From NCBI GenBank assembly GCA_050252715.1, contig JBFWKK010000001.1:4256-68255 (forward strand): a stretch of 64,000 nucleotides of DNA, given 5' to 3'. This document shows, piece by piece, positions 59,059 to 64,000 of this stretch. The DNA comes from Sphaerochaeta sp. Lineage in GTDB: Bacteria; Spirochaetota; Spirochaetia; Sphaerochaetales; Sphaerochaetaceae. How positions within the stretch are numbered: the stretch's first letter is position 1; every line of letters begins with the position of its first letter. The notes beneath the pieces are model-generated. The model had not been told where the DNA came from. It searched no databases and saw nothing but the letters and a program-made list of their open reading frames with translations. The position numbers were made by a program, and so were the translations under genes.

Positions 59059-60189
59059 ATGCAGTTTTCCACCCCAAGCTCAGCCCGCATGGTCAATCGT
59101 CTGAGAGTTCTCAATTTGCTTGCCCAAGAAGGCGAGCTCAGTCGCTCTGATATTGCACGTCGCCTCACGCTGAACAAGCCTTCCACCAGCGAAATCGTCC
59201 AGCAACTTCTCGAGGAAGGTCTTGTCGAGGAGAGAGGCAAGGCAAAGACCGCAAACGGGAGAAGACCTACCGTCCTCAAGCTGCAACAGACTGCTCTGCT
59301 TGTCCTTGGGGTTGAACTGGGAAGCAAAAACACCTGCTTCAGCCTCTCAGATTTAATGGGCAATGTATTGCGTTTTGAGCGTATTCCCACCCCAATCAAG
59401 CCGGGGGCGCAGGAGCATGGTCTTACCATCATTAAAACCTGTCTCAAGATGCGCAGGATCACCAAGATTCCTATTGCCGGCATTGTGGTGGCAACCAGTG
59501 CACTGATCAGCGATGATGGACAGTCCATCATCCGCCATGACCACTGGGATTGGAAAGACGTACCTCTTGCGAAAGCGATCAGTGAGTACACCCAGAGCCC
59601 GGCGATGCTTGTGCACTCCGTACAGGCAATGGTGGAGGCTGAACAATGGTTTGCGTGTGAGAAGGAAAAATCATTCCTCTATGTGAACTGGGGAGAACAT
59701 ATCAGCAGTGCACTGGTCCAGGAGAGCACCATTATTGCCCAAAAGAGTCGCTTTGGACACCTGACGATCAAGCAGACCGGCCTCTGTCGTTGTGGAGGGA
59801 TTGGCTGCCTGGAGACAGTCGCCTCAGGATGGGCACTCAGTGAAATGTTCAAGGGAAAATCAGTGAAAGAGCTCGCTCAGAGTCAAGAAGCGGGGGTAGT
59901 AGAAGCCCTCAATACCGCAGTTGAGGCTATGGGAATGGCACTGATAGCTGCCAGTGCAGTAACCGGTTGTGACAAGATCATCATCGGCGGTGGTATTTCA
60001 AACCTCCCTGATTCCTATCTCTCGCAGCTGCAATCCTATTACCAGAGGCATGCCCACCATAGCCTTTCCGGTATACCGGTGGTACGCTCCCAATTGAAGG
60101 ATCGTAGCGCCATCCTGGGAAGTGTTGCTGTTGCTCTGGATAGATGGGTATTCCAACGTCGCATGCTCAAAGCGATGCAAGAGCTCTAA
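59059..60189 (+). CDS. ROK family transcriptional regulator (NagC/XylR-like)
   Basis: N-terminal HTH SRSDIAR..GRRP, GH......CRCGG.GCLET. Confidence 0.9.
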   Translation: MQFSTPSSARMVNRLRVLNLLAQEGELSRSDIARRLTLNKPSTSEIVQQLLEEGLVEERGKAKTANGRRPTVLKLQQTALLVLGVELGSKNTCFSLSDLMGNVLRFERIPTPIKPGAQEHGLTIIKTCLKMRRITKIPIAGIVVATSALISDDGQSIIRHDHWDWKDVPLAKAISEYTQSPAMLVHSVQAMVEAEQWFACEKEKSFLYVNWGEHISSALVQESTIIAQKSRFGHLTIKQTGLCRCGGIGCLETVASGWALSEMFKGKSVKELAQSQEAGVVEALNTAVEAMGMALIAASAVTGCDKIIIGGGISNLPDSYLSQLQSYYQRHAHHSLSGIPVVRSQLKDRSAILGSVAVALDRWVFQRRMLKAMQEL

Positions 60190-60194
60190 CCATG

Positions 60195-60308
60195 AAAAAC
60201 CGCTACCCAAAACGGGTAGCGGCAACCTCCTTGAGAACCCTAGGACTCCTCTCCTAAGGGTACGCGTCCATCCGCTGGAACCATCGGACTAGACTCGAGC
60301 AACGACAC
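60195..60308 (-). ncRNA. Candidate small structured RNA (~110 nt), GGA-rich
   Basis: Minus-strand TTTACA-N17-AATAAT promoter-like element, two internal hairpins and terminator CCGCTACCC/GGGTAGCGG plus U5; no ORF. Confidence 0.45.
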
Positions 60309-60428
60309 TCATGATTATTGCATGGTTTTCCTGCCGTGTAAAACATTACTTGCAGCATTTTGTAACTATTTCACTATTTGTTTGATTAAAGGCCAACTCT
60401 TCACAAAAACAGGGCATCACCCTGTATC

Positions 60429-60953
60429 TCAGCTTCCTTCGGTATAATTAATGGAGAAGGAACCTGAGTAGGTACCAGCACTGAATACATCGGCAGCACG
60501 CTTGGTAATGATCAAGGTTAACTTCCCGATGGAAACATCGTTCTGTGCACCTGCAGGAAATCTGGTATGGAAGGTGTCCCCATTCTCTACAATGGTTGAA
60601 ATGTTTTCACTTTCAAGTTCAAGGGTTGTCCGAAGCCGATTCATCTCATTCATTTGTAGATCGGAAAGAGAGAAGATCAACTTGCCCATCGTTGGTGAGG
60701 CAAGGTGTGAGGAGTAGCGGAAGTAGAGCGACTGACTCAATTCCCACTCTTCCAAATTCGGGAACTCAAAGCTCAGCATTGCCTCATCCCCCCCAAGCTC
60801 AACCCCCTCTTCATTATAGATGGCGAACTGAAGATCCTTTTGATCTATGACCCCCTGCATGTACACCGTGGCAGAAGGAAACCGCGGTGGATCTTCTGCT
60901 GCCAAGGGCAACACAAAGAAGAGGAGTATACATGCTAAGAAAACTTTCTTCAT
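60429..60953 (-). CDS. Secreted protein, pilin/WxL-like C-terminus
   Basis: MKKVFL signal peptide, ends AGTYSGSFSINY. Confidence 0.7.
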   Translation of the reverse strand: MKKVFLACILLFFVLPLAAEDPPRFPSATVYMQGVIDQKDLQFAIYNEEGVELGGDEAMLSFEFPNLEEWELSQSLYFRYSSHLASPTMGKLIFSLSDLQMNEMNRLRTTLELESENISTIVENGDTFHTRFPAGAQNDVSIGKLTLIITKRAADVFSAGTYSGSFSINYTEGS

Positions 60954-61020
60954 ATCCATCTCCCAATACCATCAAACTATACGTATAGTAACAGCAACCA
61001 TTCCCGCTGAAAAGAGGGGA

Positions 61021-61050
61021 AAGAAAAAGCTGTGCAGGTTACTGCACAGC
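61021..61050 (-). terminator. Intrinsic terminator
   Basis: GCTGTGCAG/CTGCACAGC stem plus T tract on the minus strand. Confidence 0.7.
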
Positions 61051-61077
61051 CTTGTTCGTGTGAACCAGATGAATTGA

Positions 61078-61656
61078 TTAGCTCACCGTTGCAACTGAAA
61101 TGGTAACCGTTGAAGTATACGTTCCAGCCATAGCATTTTCATTTACATACTTGTCTTCGTCGTCCCCAACTTCAACGATAACTCCCAAATGATCGGCAGT
61201 GTTTGCAATTATCTCTTTCATCGGCTTGATGGTTATCGCTACAGATCCTGTATTTCCGGAAAGCGCAGAACTAAGTATGGTATATAAACCACTTGCTGGT
61301 TCTGGATCATCGCTACCAACCAACACATCAAGAATTTTAATCTTATAGTCCGAATCAGAACCATTGATAAAATCACCGACTTCCATCATGATAGCAAAAT
61401 TAGTTGACGTATTTGTCTCATACCTATAGGTGAAGACAGGATCAGTAGTGAAGGCATCTTCAATATCCAACTCTGCATTAAACTGAGTACCATCGTCTGG
61501 GTCATCAAAACCATGATGAAAGTAATCACCAATAATTGCCGTCAATGTAGCAGTAACATTGGCAACAGGGTTATCATTGATTGTCAGAGTAGCAGCAAAA
61601 GCCCCACTCATTGCAATAAGCAACACCAGTGCAAGTGTAATAACCTTTTTATTCAT
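61078..61656 (-). CDS. Secreted protein, pilin/WxL-like C-terminus
   Basis: Signal peptide ending AFA, ends AGTYTSTVTISV; AT-rich. Confidence 0.72.
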   Translation of the reverse strand: MNKKVITLALVLLIAMSGAFAATLTINDNPVANVTATLTAIIGDYFHHGFDDPDDGTQFNAELDIEDAFTTDPVFTYRYETNTSTNFAIMMEVGDFINGSDSDYKIKILDVLVGSDDPEPASGLYTILSSALSGNTGSVAITIKPMKEIIANTADHLGVIVEVGDDEDKYVNENAMAGTYTSTVTISVATVS

Positions 61657-62009
61657 ATCTCAATCTCCTCCGGATGATTATTCCTCTATCCTTTGTATGG
61701 ATAGCCTACTACCAAGTAGGACTTATGTCAATATAGGAAGATGTATTTTTATATTTTTTTAATACTAATTTCTATTAATGATATTATTTTATTATATTAC
61801 AATTAATTATATAATTTTTAACTTATAACGTATGTTTGGTATTTTTGTATACAACCTTTTAGAATACTAGGAAGATACCAGATACAGATGGTTCATGTAT
61901 CTTTGAATTATCTCTAGCATCTGACATATCTATGTTATAAAAGAACCCTCTTTATACTACAAAAGCTGCCAACGGCAGCTTACATTCCAAGTATCTTGCA
62001 GCAGTGCTG

Positions 62010-62516
62010 TCAATCGCTCCTGATGCCAATCATTACGGTTGACTCATACCGACCTGATGGAACGGCCTCAATTGCGTCCTGGTCTGCAATGATGGTCAAG
62101 GTATAATAGACCAGCCCCATTCCTGAAGCTGATTGGTTGAAGTCAATGATCTGATACTCCCCTTCACTTCCAGTAATCTCATTTGCACCCACCAGAAGTT
62201 TCTCGATGGCCACCTGGGCTGAAGTGTTTGCATTCTTCAGCTCAAAAGGGCTCACCGTTGCGTAGACCTTGAATGGCCTGGCGACATTTGTCTGGATTGC
62301 ATAGTAGATGGTAGCACCCTCGGCATCGAAAGCGTCGGGAACAGACAGAGTAGAGAGGATGTTCGTACTACCCTCGCTAGAGAGGAATCCGTGTGTGAGA
62401 ATTTCTGGAACAGTAGTGGTAAGAGAGATGGTGACTTGCGCAGGCTGAGCAGGCTCATCAGCAAAGAGAGCCAAGGGGAAAGCCAAAAGCAACAGTACAA
62501 TGCACATCCATTTCAT
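62010..62516 (-). CDS. Secreted protein, pilin/WxL-like C-terminus
   Basis: Signal peptide ending LFA, ends SGRYESTVMIGI. Confidence 0.7.
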   Translation of the reverse strand: MKWMCIVLLLLAFPLALFADEPAQPAQVTISLTTTVPEILTHGFLSSEGSTNILSTLSVPDAFDAEGATIYYAIQTNVARPFKVYATVSPFELKNANTSAQVAIEKLLVGANEITGSEGEYQIIDFNQSASGMGLVYYTLTIIADQDAIEAVPSGRYESTVMIGIRSD

Positions 62517-63012
62517 AGAATCCAATCTCCCAAACAAGTGGTATCCACTTCTCAACTATACTGCGGGATAAAAACTTATGTCAATAGAAATGCTATTTCA
62601 TTCAATACAGATTTAAATATTTTACCGTATTGTGTATTTATCTTATTTATTTATATATAGTTATTAGGCTCTATACTTATGACATCCTCATAACGTATTT
62701 CCTGTAATGACTTATTTTCATTCATATATGAAGTCTACAATCACGAAACTTTCCTATGTCAGAATGGGAGAAGTTACCCTAAAAGCAGTTATATGGTTTT
62801 TGTACACAATCAACACTATTTTCATCTATATATAGTAATAGCATAGTTTTATAATTTCATTCCTTCATTATATTCCTTTAACAAACTTATAACATATACC
62901 ATTGCTTTTCACAGAATAATGGCGTATATATGTAAAGAAGACTTTGTGCTCAGGCACGAAGCACCCTACTAGGCTGTACAGCGCAAGATATTTGCAACAA
63001 GGAAGTGAGAAG

Positions 63013-63753
63013 ATGAACGGCAACCTTATGTCCGGACAAGAAACGAAATCAACCACGATAGCGAACAAGCTTGAGGAAGAAATTCTCTCCAAAAAGTATC
63101 AGGCAGGGGAAAACCTGCCAAGCCAGCATGAGCTGGCCCTTCAGTTCAATGCCTCGAGCAGAAGCGTTCGAGAAGCATTCAAGAACCTGGAGGCAAAGGG
63201 CCTTATAAGAGTTCAGCAAGGTAAGAAGGCAGTTGTACAGAGCAACAGTCTGGACCAATTCGTGGAGTCTCTTTCTGCCTCCATGATGAACAAACACACT
63301 CCTGACAAGAAACTGCTCACCGACCTGATGCAGGTAAGAACCACCATTGAGGTTTCAGCAACCAGAGAACTCAGCCGAGATCCAAACCGTATGCTTATTG
63401 TCCGCTCTCTGGACCGGGCATGCACCCGAATGGAACATTTGCTGCCTACCCTCGAAAACGGGAAAGACGAAGAGGCAATGAAACAGTTCAAGGCCACCGA
63501 ATTCGATTTCCATGCCGCCCTGATAAAGTCGAATGACAATATCATTCTCAGCAGCATCTACGAGAACCTCGCCCCCCAGCTTTACGCTGCCTTGGACAGA
63601 CTGCCTGAAACATACAGCGAGCAACGCAAGAAGGTGAATGAGTACCGCTATCTGGTCGACGCTCTTGAAAATGGGCAAACCGACCTTGCCGTTGCCTTGA
63701 CTCTGGTTAATCTGACCAATATCAAGGACAAGTTTGAGACCTTGGATCTCTAG
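63013..63753 (+). CDS. FadR/GntR family regulator
   Basis: GENLPSQ.EL...F.AS..SVREA, FH.ALI..NDN. Confidence 0.88.
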   Translation: MNGNLMSGQETKSTTIANKLEEEILSKKYQAGENLPSQHELALQFNASSRSVREAFKNLEAKGLIRVQQGKKAVVQSNSLDQFVESLSASMMNKHTPDKKLLTDLMQVRTTIEVSATRELSRDPNRMLIVRSLDRACTRMEHLLPTLENGKDEEAMKQFKATEFDFHAALIKSNDNIILSSIYENLAPQLYAALDRLPETYSEQRKKVNEYRYLVDALENGQTDLAVALTLVNLTNIKDKFETLDL

Positions 63754-63884
63754 GGGAGATGCTTTGTATGCCTGCCTGCCGCCCATGCACATCCGCAAAA
63801 CGGCAGGTTTTTGTTTTTTTCCCGTTGTCTGTTTTGTAATTTGACACATATCAGTATCTATGGAAAAATTACTCTGAGGTGCAT

Positions 63885-64000
63885 ATGTATATAGCATTAA
63901 TTAACGTACATGGACTTGTTCGTAGTGACAATATCGAAATGGGAAGGGACGCCGATACCGGCGGACAGACCCGATATGTCGTCGACCTCGTAAAGGAACT
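63885..64000 (+). CDS. Sucrose-phosphate synthase-like GT4 glycosyltransferase, N-terminal fragment (runs off window; absent from ORF track)
   Basis: Manual translation [38 protein letters not shown] matches the SPS signature HGL.R....GRDADTGGQ; GAGGTG RBS. Confidence 0.85.
   Translation, partial: MYIALINVHGLVRSDNIEMGRDADTGGQTRYVVDLVKE

Noticed and set aside
60195-60308. Identity as SRP RNA, 6S RNA, tRNA or a riboswitch
   Set aside because: No SRP domain IV motif, too short for 6S, no cloverleaf, and no same-strand downstream gene to regulate.
61657-62940. AT-rich spacers as a replication origin or mobile-element boundary
   Set aside because: No DnaA box cluster, iterons, att-like repeats or integrase seen; more likely extended regulatory regions.

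Overview
Bacterial chromosomal window of about 50% GC; gene content and signal-peptide style suggest a Sphaerochaeta-like spirochaete (inference). It holds about 60 CDS: housekeeping genes (recG end, rsmD, lspA, rsmI, carAB, aspS, proS, add, rlmE, htpG), a duplicated phage-shock (psp) locus around one pspF, a large beta-helix lipoprotein, a metal ABC transporter with a fused ATPase, a ~15 kb sugar-acid catabolic region (TTT transporter, atypical PdxA, split transketolase, PrpR-like activator), three small pilin/WxL-like secreted proteins and the start of a sucrose-phosphate synthase. I found no rRNA, tRNA, CRISPR array or transposase. The top finding is in the ORF-free gap at 32.4-32.9 kb: two tandem paralogous sigma54-dependent small RNAs of about 100 nt. 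Each has a -24/-12 promoter, a shared upstream activator motif, an identical 5' end and a covarying 13-bp terminator with a C-rich loop. Each also has a seed that is the reverse complement of a Shine-Dalgarno plus 'ATG AAA AAA ...' signal-peptide start. Other notable signals are a further candidate sRNA at 60.2 kb and a recurring leaderless-promoter architecture. All calls are by eye, without database searches.
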